From a virus (taxonomy: Duplodnaviria > Caudoviricetes): DNA of 39,278 bases. The notes beneath the pieces are model-generated. The model had not been told where the DNA came from and ran no database searches. It worked only from the letters and a program-made list of their open reading frames with translations. The DNA is taken from the IMG/VR virus record IMGVR_UViG_3300043118_000021, positions 1-39,278 of that record, one strand, 5' to 3'. Positions 1 through 8,888 of the stretch are shown here, piece after piece. Position numbers and translations under genes: made by a program. The first letter of the stretch is position 1. Each line of letters starts with the position of its first letter.

Positions 1-263
1 ATAGGAGGCTCAGCTTTATATTTATGACCATCAAAATCTATTAAATCATTCGTCATAATATCTTTATCAGGATCAGTAAATAATTTAAAATCAATTATCT
101 CCTCATGCTCAGGATTTCCTGATCTACTTCTTAATTTTTCTTTACTTATTCTCCCTTTCCCTGACTCAACTTTAACAAGATCTCCGCTTATTCTGTTATA
201 TTCATCCTTAGTGTTATTATTTCTATAGACTTCAAACTGCATATTATATAAATGAGAAATCAT
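1..263 (-). CDS. Putative head-closure/head-tail adaptor protein (3'-truncated by window)
   Basis: Not in ORF track. ATG at 263 overlaps the TGA of the upstream gene; reads MISHLYNMQFEVYRNNNTKDEYNRISG... and is open to the window edge; lies after the connector gene. Confidence 0.6.
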   Translation of the reverse strand, partial: MISHLYNMQFEVYRNNNTKDEYNRISGDLVKVESGKGRISKEKLRSRSGNPEHEEIIDFKLFTDPDKDIMTNDLIDFDGHKYKAEPP

Positions 264-622
264 TTAAATCTAACTTTCCTATACTTATTTAACTTCTTTA
301 CAATAGATTTAGGAAGATCGCCTTTAGTTACCTCTGCAATAGATGTATAACTATAATCTCCTATCTTCTCACTTGTTTTATTTTCCATGCCTCTTGATCT
401 ATATTTTAATAACACTAAATCCTCTACAACGCTGTTAAGCTCATCAGGAAAAACATCAATTTCATTACCATCATCATCTACCTCAATGAAATTATCATTA
501 CATTCAATATTTATGTCAGATTTAACTTTATCAATATATCTATTTAATAAAATATCTTCTGAGTCATCATCAATTCCTAACTCTAATTTTACAAATTCTA
601 AAATGCCTGTTTTATCAAACAT
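260..622 (-). CDS. Head-tail connector protein (SPP1 gp15/HK97 gp6-like)
   Basis: VKLELGIDDDSEDILL N-terminus, SEKIGDYSYT motif and LNKYRK C-terminus; downstream of capsid gene. Confidence 0.8.
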   Translation of the reverse strand: MFDKTGILEFVKLELGIDDDSEDILLNRYIDKVKSDINIECNDNFIEVDDDGNEIDVFPDELNSVVEDLVLLKYRSRGMENKTSEKIGDYSYTSIAEVTKGDLPKSIVKKLNKYRKVRFK

Positions 623-646
623 TTATTATCAGCTCCTTACCGGAGT

Positions 647-847
647 TTACATTTTAATAATTCCTTCCATTACCTCTAAATACTTTGCAACTTCTGCATT
701 ATCTGTTTCATAAACCCCATGCTTATCTCCCTCTTTTGCAGGTCTAAACTGAATATTTAATCTTCCAACCCATTTATAAGGATTATTTAAACTCTTAAAT
801 TTAAAAACTTCTTTTTTAGTACTCTCTGTTTTTTTACTTTTAGCCAT
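647..847 (-). CDS. Small head-module hypothetical protein
   Basis: 66-aa ORF with GGAGGAG RBS, between capsid and connector. Confidence 0.6.
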   Translation of the reverse strand: MAKSKKTESTKKEVFKFKSLNNPYKWVGRLNIQFRPAKEGDKHGVYETDNAEVAKYLEVMEGIIKM

Positions 848-872
848 TATTCAATCTCCTCCAATTTAATTT

Positions 873-1070
873 TTATAAATTATCAACATCAGGATTTTCT
901 ACAATATTAACGCTATCAACTCCTGTATGCAGTGTGTCATTTGCTATATGTGCATTATAATCAGACTTTAATTCATTAACTAATACAATTAATTGATCCA
1001 ACTTATCTCCTAAATCAGCTTTATCTAAAGCGGGACATGCATTATTTAAACCCTCTTTACTATTAAGCAT
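873..1070 (-). CDS. Small hypothetical protein, possibly head decoration/fibre
   Basis: Start more likely at ATG 1070 (MLNSKEG), after GAGGAGG; the track start at 1121 lies inside a terminator. Confidence 0.55.
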   Translation of the reverse strand: MLNSKEGLNNACPALDKADLGDKLDQLIVLVNELKSDYNAHIANDTLHTGVDSVNIVENPDVDNL

Positions 1071-1095
1071 TTCATTAACCTCCTCTAAATAAAAT

Positions 1096-1129
1096 AAAAT
1101 AAAAAGAGGAAGAGCTTTCACCCTTCCTC
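1096..1129 (-). terminator. Intrinsic terminator after major capsid gene
   Basis: GAGGAAG...CTTCCTC hairpin followed by a T-rich tract on the minus strand. Confidence 0.8.
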
Positions 1130-1163
1130 AACATTACAAGTGACTATTTCAACTTGTTATATA

Positions 1164-2084
1164 TTACTCATTAATACCAATAATTTTTCCACCAGCATAA
1201 CTATTAAGTAGCTTAATAGTATTTTCAACGACCACATGACCTTTACTGAAATCCCCAGTTTTTGCAAGGTCTTCATAGAATGGAGATCTTACTTCCGCAA
1301 TTTCTACTAAATCAAGATCAGCAAATAGCATCTGACCAGAAGGCATGTGTCTATCCAATACAAAATTAATTGTACCGAAATCAGTGTCAACTCTTGCTAC
1401 CTTGACGCCCATTACATTATCTCCAGCCTCAACAATCATTCTTGTGTTATTTCCATTCTTAAGAATGTCATTAACAATACGCTTTTCTCCAGCATTTAGG
1501 AAAGTAAAATATTCTCCCTGTGCACCTGCATCCCAAATAGACTGCATAACATCAAGCATATCATTTTCTTCTAATACTCCAACATTAGCAGTTTTACCAC
1601 TAAGATCCTTAGAATTAGCCACAAGATTTAACAGACCATCCATCTGTCTCGGAGTAGATGTACCTGTATCTTCAAGAGTCTTAGTTCCATTGAGGAAATA
1701 CCACTCAGCATCTCTCTTCATTTCAACCATTCTATCCTCAATTTCTTGCATAAACTCATCTCCGACACCTTGTGCCGCTAAAGCTCTTACTGTACCACTA
1801 ACAGAAGTAACTTTTTCCATGATCTGAGCAATGTTAGACTTAGAAGTCCTTGTAGAATTAATAGGATCTCCTGCCTCTGCCCCTTCCATAATCAATGTAC
1901 CTCTATCAGTATTAAGCTCTTTCTCTCTCCATGTTACTGTAATATCATTTGCAGGAGTAACCTGACCTCTACCTGCAACTAATGTATATAGAGGAGTATC
2001 AGTAGGACTTACTAATTTAATTTCCTCTGCTAAATCAATCAATTCACCTTCTAAAAATGTATTATCATAAGTTTTCGTAGCCAT
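1164..2084 (-). CDS. Major capsid protein (SU10-like/DUF5309-type)
   Basis: 306 aa; SPTDTPL, VTWREKEL, EMKRDAE and PRQMDGL motifs; follows scaffold. Confidence 0.85.
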   Translation of the reverse strand: MATKTYDNTFLEGELIDLAEEIKLVSPTDTPLYTLVAGRGQVTPANDITVTWREKELNTDRGTLIMEGAEAGDPINSTRTSKSNIAQIMEKVTSVSGTVRALAAQGVGDEFMQEIEDRMVEMKRDAEWYFLNGTKTLEDTGTSTPRQMDGLLNLVANSKDLSGKTANVGVLEENDMLDVMQSIWDAGAQGEYFTFLNAGEKRIVNDILKNGNNTRMIVEAGDNVMGVKVARVDTDFGTINFVLDRHMPSGQMLFADLDLVEIAEVRSPFYEDLAKTGDFSKGHVVVENTIKLLNSYAGGKIIGINE

Positions 2085-2106
2085 TTTTTATCTTCTCCTT
2101 TTTAAT

Positions 2107-2745
2107 TTACCCGCCAAACTTCGCTTTAAGCATTCCTTTTACATCTCCAGCTTTTTTAGCATCTTCATATTCATTCGGCGGAGTATTATTTTCATGATTT
2201 AATTTTTCAGGGGTTTCTCCCTTTAAATACTCTTTCTTAAATTCTTCAATCTTCTTCTCAACAATATTATTAAACATTCCTTCTAACTTATCGACCTTCT
2301 CAACCATCTTTTCTTTACTATCCTCAGCCTCTACAAACTGACTAACATCTACAAACTCTTTAAAATCAATAGATAAATCCCTTTCAGCTAAAATATCTAC
2401 TAAATCCAATTTAAGTTCCCTTTTAGCTAACTCTTTCTCTTTTCTCGCCTGCTCCTGAGCTCTTTTCTTAGCCTCTTCCTTTTTTCTCTCTTCTTCGGAG
2501 AGTTTTTCCAGCCTTCTCTGCTCTTCAAGCTCCTCTTTTACTCTCTCCTCAGTTTTCTTCACAGCCTCAGTAACTCTCTTATCAATCTGACTCTGCATCT
2601 GCTTTTCCAGCTCAGCCCTGATTTCTTCCTCTGTTTTTACTGGAGTATCCTCTTCTGTCTGAGTCTCCTCCTGATCAACTTCGGTCTCCTCAGTCTGAAC
2701 TTCCTCATCCTTAACTTCTTCTGTATCTTTTCTTTCGTCACTCAT
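2107..2745 (-). CDS. Capsid scaffolding protein (DUF4355-like)
   Basis: Acidic N-terminus, long E/K coiled coil, IDKRVTEA motif; immediately upstream of capsid gene. Confidence 0.85.
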   Translation of the reverse strand: MSDERKDTEEVKDEEVQTEETEVDQEETQTEEDTPVKTEEEIRAELEKQMQSQIDKRVTEAVKKTEERVKEELEEQRRLEKLSEEERKKEEAKKRAQEQARKEKELAKRELKLDLVDILAERDLSIDFKEFVDVSQFVEAEDSKEKMVEKVDKLEGMFNNIVEKKIEEFKKEYLKGETPEKLNHENNTPPNEYEDAKKAGDVKGMLKAKFGG

Positions 2746-2793
2746 TTAATTTCCTCCTTAGATTTTAGTTGCACTCACTATCCCTTACAAAAT

Positions 2794-2820
2794 AAAAAAG
2801 AGCTGACATAAAGCCAGCTC
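2794..2820 (-). terminator. Intrinsic terminator in leader of scaffold/capsid operon
   Basis: GAGCTGGC-TTTAT-GTCAGCTC-TTTTTT on the minus strand. Confidence 0.8.
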
Positions 2821-2850
2821 ATTTAATAAGTTATAGGTATTATGCCCCTT

Positions 2851-2884
2851 CACTTATATTGCCTATATTTTTCACTTTTTTAAG
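2851..2884 (-). promoter_or_regulatory. Putative late-class promoter L1
   Basis: CTTAAA-N15-GGCAATATAAGTG; one of 4 copies with identical spacing. Confidence 0.7.
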
Positions 2885-2907
2885 TAAAATAAACTAAAAA
2901 ATGTAAA

Positions 2908-3897
2908 TTATTTTTTCTTAGGTCTGCCTCCACTCATTCTTGCATCTAAATCTTTCTCAACTTCTTTCTTAAATTCACTATACTCAGCCTCTCTTGCTCT
3001 TTTAGCATAACGATCTAAATCACCTTCCTGTATTCTCTCAATAACAGGTAAATAAGTGCATCTACAATGAGGATGAATTGGTAGCATTCTTTCTTTTCCT
3101 ACTTCATAAACTTTTTCATCCAACGCTTTACATGTCTTACAAGTTCTTCTATCCCAATATGCACTATGCTCTACCTTTTTAATAACGCTTTTATTACTTT
3201 CTAAGCTATCCATCTCAGCTACATATGAAACCCGTACTGTCTCCGTTCTTGCGACTCTCAAAGCATTTTTATAGCTATTCTCTATTCCTGCATTAATTCT
3301 TTTAGCTATTTTATCCATCCCTTCTCCATTGACAGCACTTTGTAAAATAGCCTCTCTTAAATTCTTGATTAATTTATTTTTATTATCCCATATACGATCA
3401 CTAAACATTGCACCGCTCCATGGGTATGAGATAGCTTTTTCAACTGCTTTAGGATTTAACATTGATAAATTAGCTTTTACATTAATAGCTTTTCCTAATA
3501 CATAGATATTTCTAATATATTGATCTTTATAAATACCTTTTAATGCATTTTCCACCGCATTCTTTTCATTTGTACCCATTAAATTAGCTTGATATTTAAT
3601 TTTATCTAATAAATTAGTTAATCTATTATATTTATTGATCTCATCTACAGACCATTCATTTAATCTTTCATATAAAGCTAATATTTCATTCTTTATATTC
3701 TTACCAGCTTTTTTATAATAACTAACTAATTTCTTTTCTAATTCCTGAGCATCTTCAAATGCAATTAATCCATTATTTAATATCTCAGCCTGAATTCTAT
3801 ATATTACCTTTTCTCTTTCCGAACTCGATAAATGTCGATCTAAAGACTCATCTATCGCATCCTCATGAATAGGATTATCTCTTAATCTAATGTCCAA
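2908..3897 (-). CDS. Minor head protein (SPP1 gp7/Mu gpF family)
   Basis: YPWSGAMFSDRIW, RVARTET, DRRTCKTC and PIHPHCRC motifs; TTG start. Confidence 0.9.
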   Translation of the reverse strand: MDIRLRDNPIHEDAIDESLDRHLSSSEREKVIYRIQAEILNNGLIAFEDAQELEKKLVSYYKKAGKNIKNEILALYERLNEWSVDEINKYNRLTNLLDKIKYQANLMGTNEKNAVENALKGIYKDQYIRNIYVLGKAINVKANLSMLNPKAVEKAISYPWSGAMFSDRIWDNKNKLIKNLREAILQSAVNGEGMDKIAKRINAGIENSYKNALRVARTETVRVSYVAEMDSLESNKSVIKKVEHSAYWDRRTCKTCKALDEKVYEVGKERMLPIHPHCRCTYLPVIERIQEGDLDRYAKRAREAEYSEFKKEVEKDLDARMSGGRPKKK

Positions 3898-3902
3898 TTA
3901 GA

Positions 3903-5255
3903 TCACTCCTCTTCATCACCTATAAAATTACCTGTACTATCTAAATCGGATGCATAAACATCAGCCTCTTTTTTCAATCTGCTAATAACTTCTTTAGGAT
4001 CATCTACAAATGGTAATATAGCAAGTAATGTCTCCTTATCTACTGTACCATTAAGATTTTTAACTACCTCAGATAACTCTTTTACATTATTAGGTAAATT
4101 CCTTGTGAAATTAATTTCAACATCATTAATATCAATTTTATTACCTGTCTTAACTTCAATAGGCTTTGAAATTAATTTTAATAATCTCTTAATAGCTTTT
4201 GTCATTTTTCTCTCTTTAGTAATACACTTATTCTCCAACCCGAATAATTTAAATTTAATGGCTACCCCTGATAAATTACTCGCAAAATTCTCATCCGATA
4301 AATTAGGTACTTGCGATAATTGGTGAATATTATCTTCTAATCTATTTAAATGATTTTCTAAGGCATCAGTCTGCATATCTTTAGTAACAAACTTAATATC
4401 TCCATCTTCTCCGACTTCAAATACTCCAGTCTGCTTTAATTTTGCAATATCTCCATCATCCATCATTAAATTCTTAAGCATTAAATAAGCATTTCTAAAA
4501 GCCTCATGCTCATTACTTGCATCACTAAACACCTTATCATAATCATTTACTAAACTAATTATCTTTTCAAAATCTCCCTGCTCTTCCTCATTATTAGGGA
4601 AAGGTACAATAGGAATTTCTTCAAAAATATGAGAGGCAGGATTAACTGATCTATTAACATCTAACCTAAAATCTCCTTCATCATCTTCAATATAATAAGT
4701 AATCTGATCTCTATCATATACCTCAGCATATTTAATTTTATCTATATTTCCATCTGATCCTACTACATCTAACTCATAAACTCTTACAGCAAATATCATT
4801 TCATTAGTTTTACTACTATCATAAACAAAAATAACTTCCTCAGCAGGAAGTTTAGTTAATTTAGTCTCACTATATTCATTCTGATATACTAATATTGAAG
4901 ATTTTCCTTTTATCGCTGACTCTTTACCTACTTCCATAAAAAGATCATCTTTATCATTCTCATTAAAAATTTCATTTACTTCATCCTGAACTTCATCACC
5001 TGTACTAATAATAATCTCTTTACCTAAGAAATATCCAACAGCATCATCTACAATCTTACCAAAATAATTATTAACTAATTTATTATTGGGCTTATTTACA
5101 TCTGATACTTTACGATCTAAAATATCATGCTCACCTTTATAAAGATCATATAATTTTTTGTACCTCCCAACATTCTCTTTATAATGCCTTCCAATTAGAT
5201 CTCTTAATATTTCTCCTCTCAATTCCTGCTCACGCCTTATAAAATATTCATTCAA
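3903..5255 (-). CDS. Portal protein, SPP1 gp6-like
   Basis: KPNNKLVNNY, IPIVPFPNNEE-GDFE and SNLSGVAIKFKL motifs; TTG start. Confidence 0.95.
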   Translation of the reverse strand: MNEYFIRREQELRGEILRDLIGRHYKENVGRYKKLYDLYKGEHDILDRKVSDVNKPNNKLVNNYFGKIVDDAVGYFLGKEIIISTGDEVQDEVNEIFNENDKDDLFMEVGKESAIKGKSSILVYQNEYSETKLTKLPAEEVIFVYDSSKTNEMIFAVRVYELDVVGSDGNIDKIKYAEVYDRDQITYYIEDDEGDFRLDVNRSVNPASHIFEEIPIVPFPNNEEEQGDFEKIISLVNDYDKVFSDASNEHEAFRNAYLMLKNLMMDDGDIAKLKQTGVFEVGEDGDIKFVTKDMQTDALENHLNRLEDNIHQLSQVPNLSDENFASNLSGVAIKFKLFGLENKCITKERKMTKAIKRLLKLISKPIEVKTGNKIDINDVEINFTRNLPNNVKELSEVVKNLNGTVDKETLLAILPFVDDPKEVISRLKKEADVYASDLDSTGNFIGDEEE

Positions 5256-5270
5256 TTTTTACCCCTCCTA

Positions 5271-5304
5271 AAATAATAAAAGAGCGGGAATATCTCCCTC
5301 CCTC
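5271..5304 (-). terminator. Weak/imperfect terminator between phoH and portal
   Basis: GGGAG-ATA-TTCCC hairpin with imperfect extension, then TTTTATTATTTT. Confidence 0.45.
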
Positions 5305-5311
5305 AAAATCT

Positions 5312-6127
5312 CTATAATAATTTATCAGCTAACATTGCTAATCTACTTCTCTTATCTTTTGTTAAATTATTATTACTAAATAAATTAACTCCTCTAAAAG
5401 CCTCTATTACCTGCTTAAACCCATTACCTTCTCCTCTTAAGCTCTTATCATCTATCTGCTCCATACTTCCACATAATATTACCTTACAACCTTCTCCAGC
5501 TCTACTAATTAAAGTTTTTAATATATGTTTATCAGCATTTTGAGCCTCATCCACTATTAAATATTTATTTTTAATATTAGCCCCTCGCATATATTCAATA
5601 GGTTTAGGCTCAACCTTTTCTCCCACTCTCTCAAATGTCAATTCTTCAATAGCATCTATATTACTCCATAATCCAGCTAAATAAGGAGCAAACTTCTCCT
5701 CCAACTCTCCCGGCAATAATCCTAAACTTCTTCCTACCCCTACTACCTCTCTCGTATAAATAACTTTATCACTCATAGCTAAAGAGCCTAAAAGACTAAT
5801 AAAAGTTTTTCCTGTACCTGCATGGCCTACAACTGTAATTAATTTAATATCTTTATCTAAAATATCATCAATAACAAATTGCTGTTCAATATCACTACTT
5901 AATTTTACTCCTTTAAACTCATTTATAGCTACTTCTCTGAGTTTATGTATCTTCCCCTTATATTTACCCTTCCAGATTATCTTTAAATCATTTGACTTAA
6001 TTATAAAGCTGTCATTAACTACTGGATCATAATTCTTTTCTAAATATTTCTTTAAAAATAATTCTCCTTTTTCTCCAGCACTATAATATTCACTAACTGC
6101 TTGATCATCTAAGATAATTTCCTGCAA
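5312..6127 (-). CDS. phoH: PhoH-family ATPase
   Basis: GHAGTGKT Walker A, LGLLPGELEEK, YMRGAN, IVDEAQN and GSMEQID motifs. Confidence 0.92.
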   Translation of the reverse strand: MQEIILDDQAVSEYYSAGEKGELFLKKYLEKNYDPVVNDSFIIKSNDLKIIWKGKYKGKIHKLREVAINEFKGVKLSSDIEQQFVIDDILDKDIKLITVVGHAGTGKTFISLLGSLAMSDKVIYTREVVGVGRSLGLLPGELEEKFAPYLAGLWSNIDAIEELTFERVGEKVEPKPIEYMRGANIKNKYLIVDEAQNADKHILKTLISRAGEGCKVILCGSMEQIDDKSLRGEGNGFKQVIEAFRGVNLFSNNNLTKDKRSRLAMLADKLL

Positions 6128-6162
6128 TTAATATCCCTCTCCTCCGCTAAATAAATTGCCTT

Positions 6163-6195
6163 CACTTTATTACCTATATTTCAGCAGATTTTAAG
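6163..6195 (-). promoter_or_regulatory. Putative late-class promoter L2 (phoH-portal operon)
   Basis: CTTAAA-N15-GGTAATAAAGTG. Confidence 0.7.
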
Positions 6196-6200
6196 GAATA

Positions 6201-6320
6201 ATTTGACACCTCAATTTTGACGCCTTATACATTACCTTATATAATCTTCTATTAGTTACTATATAAAATACTATTAGTTTTATTAGTTAGTATATAGGCA
6301 TCAAATTTGACGGGTCAAAT
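6201..6320. repeat. Imperfect ~30-bp inverted repeat flanking an AT-rich core with 3x TATTAGTT
   Basis: 6201-6230 ATTTGACACCTCAATTTTGACGCCTTATAC vs reverse complement of 6290-6320 ATTTGACCCGTCAAATTTGATGCCTATATAC. Confidence 0.8.
6217..6245 (+). promoter_or_regulatory. Possible plus-strand sigmaA promoter
   Basis: TTGACG-N17-TATAAT. Confidence 0.5.
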
Positions 6321-6341
6321 ACCAATAATTTACATAAAAAG

Positions 6342-6368
6342 AAAAAAGCAGAGGTTTTACCCTCTACT
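6342..6368 (-). terminator. Intrinsic terminator
   Basis: AGTAGAGG...CCTCTGCT-TTTTT, overlapping the stop codon. Confidence 0.7.
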
Positions 6369-6936
6369 CAAAACTTCTCATAGGCATAAATAATGCTACA
6401 GCCCTATTATTTTTATAAGCTACAATAGGATTTAAATAATTCTCCTGCCACAAATCACAATCTAAATACTTAGAATAATAATCTAAGAAATTAGAATATT
6501 TATGATCTAATACTGCATCCTTCTCATCTCTTTTTAGCATTCTATAATAAAAAGGATCATGTCCTCCATCTTCTATTTTAATTAGATCTAATAATTCTAC
6601 ATTAAATTTAACCTCAACAGGAAACCCACCTAAAATAGTATCTACTGGAAATTTATCATCAAATTTTTCTATACTCTCTTCATTTAACTTAATAAATATA
6701 GTTTGATCTTTATCTAATATGCTATTATCTAACTTTAACCAGCTTAAATTCTTATATCCTACTAACTTATCTATAAAATAATTTACATGAGCTTTATTTA
6801 ATTTAAAAGCTGAAAATGTATCAGATACCCATGCACTTTTCTCCTCTGAATTAATTTGAATTATTATATTAGACTCTTTTCTATATGATTGAGCTACCTT
6901 CTTACCTAAATTTAAATTATAATTATCATAGATCAC
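6364..6936 (-). CDS. Hypothetical protein; C-terminal ALFMPMR resembles a beta-clamp-like tail
   Basis: 190-aa ORF; resemblance limited to the C-terminal residues. Confidence 0.6.
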   Translation of the reverse strand: MIYDNYNLNLGKKVAQSYRKESNIIIQINSEEKSAWVSDTFSAFKLNKAHVNYFIDKLVGYKNLSWLKLDNSILDKDQTIFIKLNEESIEKFDDKFPVDTILGGFPVEVKFNVELLDLIKIEDGGHDPFYYRMLKRDEKDAVLDHKYSNFLDYYSKYLDCDLWQENYLNPIVAYKNNRAVALFMPMRSFE

Positions 6937-7220
6937 TTATTATCTCCCCTTCTAATAAAATCTTTTAAATAATATCTCTCTTCCTCATAACTAAAATAAT
7001 CTCCCCGATCATCTGAATTAATATCAGCTACCATAATTTCATTATCTTTCCACGCTCTTTGAAAAAATACTAACTCCTCACTTACATTAGTCTTAACAAT
7101 TATACCGCCCTTACCTTTTATATTCCTTATTCCTACCTCTTCCAATTGCATCAGATCATTTAATTCATTTTCCTGCATCTGCTTTTTTAGATCTTCAAGA
7201 TCCCATGCATCTATAATCAT
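6933..7220 (-). CDS. Hypothetical protein (early cassette)
   Basis: Start at ATG 7220 (MIIDAW) after AGGAGG; the track start lies in the promoter. Confidence 0.65.
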   Translation of the reverse strand: MIIDAWDLEDLKKQMQENELNDLMQLEEVGIRNIKGKGGIIVKTNVSEELVFFQRAWKDNEIMVADINSDDRGDYFSYEEERYYLKDFIRRGDNK

Positions 7221-7245
7221 TTTACTAACCTCCTTCCTGTATAAT

Positions 7246-7274
7246 ATTATACATAAACATATATAATATGTCAA
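7246..7274 (-). promoter_or_regulatory. Consensus sigmaA promoter
   Basis: TTGACA-N17-TATAAT. Confidence 0.9.
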
Positions 7275-7275
7275 G

Positions 7276-7302
7276 AAAAAAAAAGAGGAAATTAATCCCC
7301 TT
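7276..7302 (-). terminator. Intrinsic terminator
   Basis: AGGGGA-TTAAT-TTCCTCT plus long T tract. Confidence 0.7.
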
Positions 7303-7514
7303 TAATTTATCCATTCTCCTAATTCATTATAATGATCATTAAGATCAATGCCATAATCCTCTGCCATTACCTCAGATGCCTTTAACATTGCTTTAGCCTC
7401 AGCTCTCTTCTTAATATATCTTATATCATCTAATCCATTCACCTCAGCAATACTTAACCCTTCATCCCATATCTTATAAGCATTCTCTCTGATCTCTTTA
7501 ATTTTTTCTAACAT
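7302..7514 (-). CDS. Hypothetical protein (early cassette)
   Basis: 70 aa; strong GAGGAGGAGG RBS, own promoter and terminator. Confidence 0.7.
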   Translation of the reverse strand: MLEKIKEIRENAYKIWDEGLSIAEVNGLDDIRYIKKRAEAKAMLKASEVMAEDYGIDLNDHYNELGEWIN

Positions 7515-7551
7515 CTTATCTCCTCCTCCTCATTTATTATCTTATATTAAT

Positions 7552-7580
7552 ATTATACAGCTACCACTATAATATGTCAA
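7552..7580 (-). promoter_or_regulatory. Consensus sigmaA promoter
   Basis: TTGACA-N17-TATAAT. Confidence 0.9.
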
Positions 7581-7581
7581 G

Positions 7582-7607
7582 AAAAAAATGAGGAAATTAA
7601 TCCTCAT
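7582..7607 (-). terminator. Integrase terminator
   Basis: ATGAGGA-TTAATT-TCCTCAT-TTTTTT, overlapping the int stop codon. Confidence 0.75.
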
Positions 7608-8566
7608 CTCATTTTAATATATTCCTTATTTTTACTAAATTCATTAAGCGGATTAAACTCCTCAAAATCCTCTTTAAGATCCTCACCAAACATATTTACA
7701 TACTCTTTTACCATCTCTAAACTCTTATGTCCTAACATTTTCTGTAATCTAAATATATCTCCACCATTTAATATCCATTTCTTAGCAAAAGTATGCCTGA
7801 ATAAATGGGTAGAAGTCTTACTAACTCCTCTATTTAAATTATATCTCCTAATAGCAGAGGTAACAGCGGTAGTACTTAATTTCTCCCCATAGATATTGCA
7901 AAATAAATAATCCTCATCTTCTCCCTCTCTATATTCTAAATACTCTTTAACTAATTTCTGTAATTCCTTTCCGAATGGAATTATTTGCTGATATCTATTT
8001 TTGGTAGTACTTAATTTAATATATCCACTCTCAAAATCTAAATCCTTAACTTTAATATTTCTAATAGTCCTCAATCTATTACCTGTACTCATAATCCAAT
8101 TAACCATTAACCATGATCTATATTCAGCAAAATCACATTCCAATAAATCAGGCTTTACTAATAATAATTTTAACTCTTTATCAGAATATGTCTCCTTGAT
8201 CTTCTTTTTAGTCTTTAACATATTTACTTTAAACTTTTCTTTTATATATCCATTCTTCATGCAATAATTACAGAACGCTCTCACAGACCTTAAATTGCTG
8301 TTTACAGAGGTATTTTTATTTAGCTTATCAATCATATATAAAATATAATCCTCCATAATATCACTATCAATCTGCCCTATATCACCTACAGAGGCAATAT
8401 TCTCCACCTTATCTAAATAATTAAAAAATCTTCCTACTTCATACTCATAAGAGCTTATAGTCCTCTCAGCTAAATTCTTAGCCTTACAATGCAACAGGTA
8501 TTTTTCCAACGCCTCTTTCAGATCAACATTAATATTCCTTCTCAAAAATTCCTTACTCTTAGGCAT
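7604..8566 (-). CDS. int: Tyrosine recombinase/integrase
   Basis: SAM-like N-domain (NLAERTISSY); catalytic R (TGNR), K (TTKN), HLFRHT, LGH and Y (KEYV). Confidence 0.95.
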   Translation of the reverse strand: MPKSKEFLRRNINVDLKEALEKYLLHCKAKNLAERTISSYEYEVGRFFNYLDKVENIASVGDIGQIDSDIMEDYILYMIDKLNKNTSVNSNLRSVRAFCNYCMKNGYIKEKFKVNMLKTKKKIKETYSDKELKLLLVKPDLLECDFAEYRSWLMVNWIMSTGNRLRTIRNIKVKDLDFESGYIKLSTTKNRYQQIIPFGKELQKLVKEYLEYREGEDEDYLFCNIYGEKLSTTAVTSAIRRYNLNRGVSKTSTHLFRHTFAKKWILNGGDIFRLQKMLGHKSLEMVKEYVNMFGEDLKEDFEEFNPLNEFSKNKEYIKMR

Positions 8567-8592
8567 AAAAAATCCCCACCTTTTTATTATTT

Positions 8593-8850
8593 TCGGTGAG
8601 GAACTACAATAACAAACCCTTATGATTTAACTATAAAAATTCGTTGCACTCTAATTATTCTTTTTTCACCATCATCCCTTATATATCAAAGCTCATAGCC
8701 TTTGGACTACCTAAAATTTTACATTTTAGATTAGAAGTCCGTTGCTCTATCCGGGCTGAGCTACGGGCGCATAATTACTGATCTGACAAGCATCTCAGGA
8801 GCGGTGAAACGAATTATTAGCCGAACAATGAAACGAATTTCCCTCACCGA
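8593..8850. repeat. Candidate integrase arm-type sites around attP
   Basis: TGAAACGAATT at 8805-8815 and 8829-8839, inverted AATTCGTTGCA at 8638-8648; TCGGTGAGG 8593-8601 inverted to CCTCACCGA 8842-8850. Confidence 0.6.
8729..8770 (-). tRNA. 5' half of tRNA-Arg(UCU), truncated just after the anticodon loop; likely attP
   Basis: GCGCCCG-TA-GCTC-AGCCCGGATA-GAGC-A-ACGGA-CTTCTAA-TC, then unrelated sequence; no T-arm or acceptor 3' strand seen. Confidence 0.85.
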
Positions 8851-8858
8851 CAATTAAT

Positions 8859-8887
8859 ATCTTAACATGATCATAAAAAGTTGTCAA
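8859..8887 (-). promoter_or_regulatory. sigmaA promoter upstream of half-tRNA and int
   Basis: TTGACA-N17-TAAGAT with TG extended -10. Confidence 0.75.
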
Positions 8888-8888
8888 G

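Noticed and set aside
8729-8770. Intact or intron-containing tRNA gene
   Set aside because: No T-arm (GGTTCGA) or acceptor 3' strand found downstream by eye
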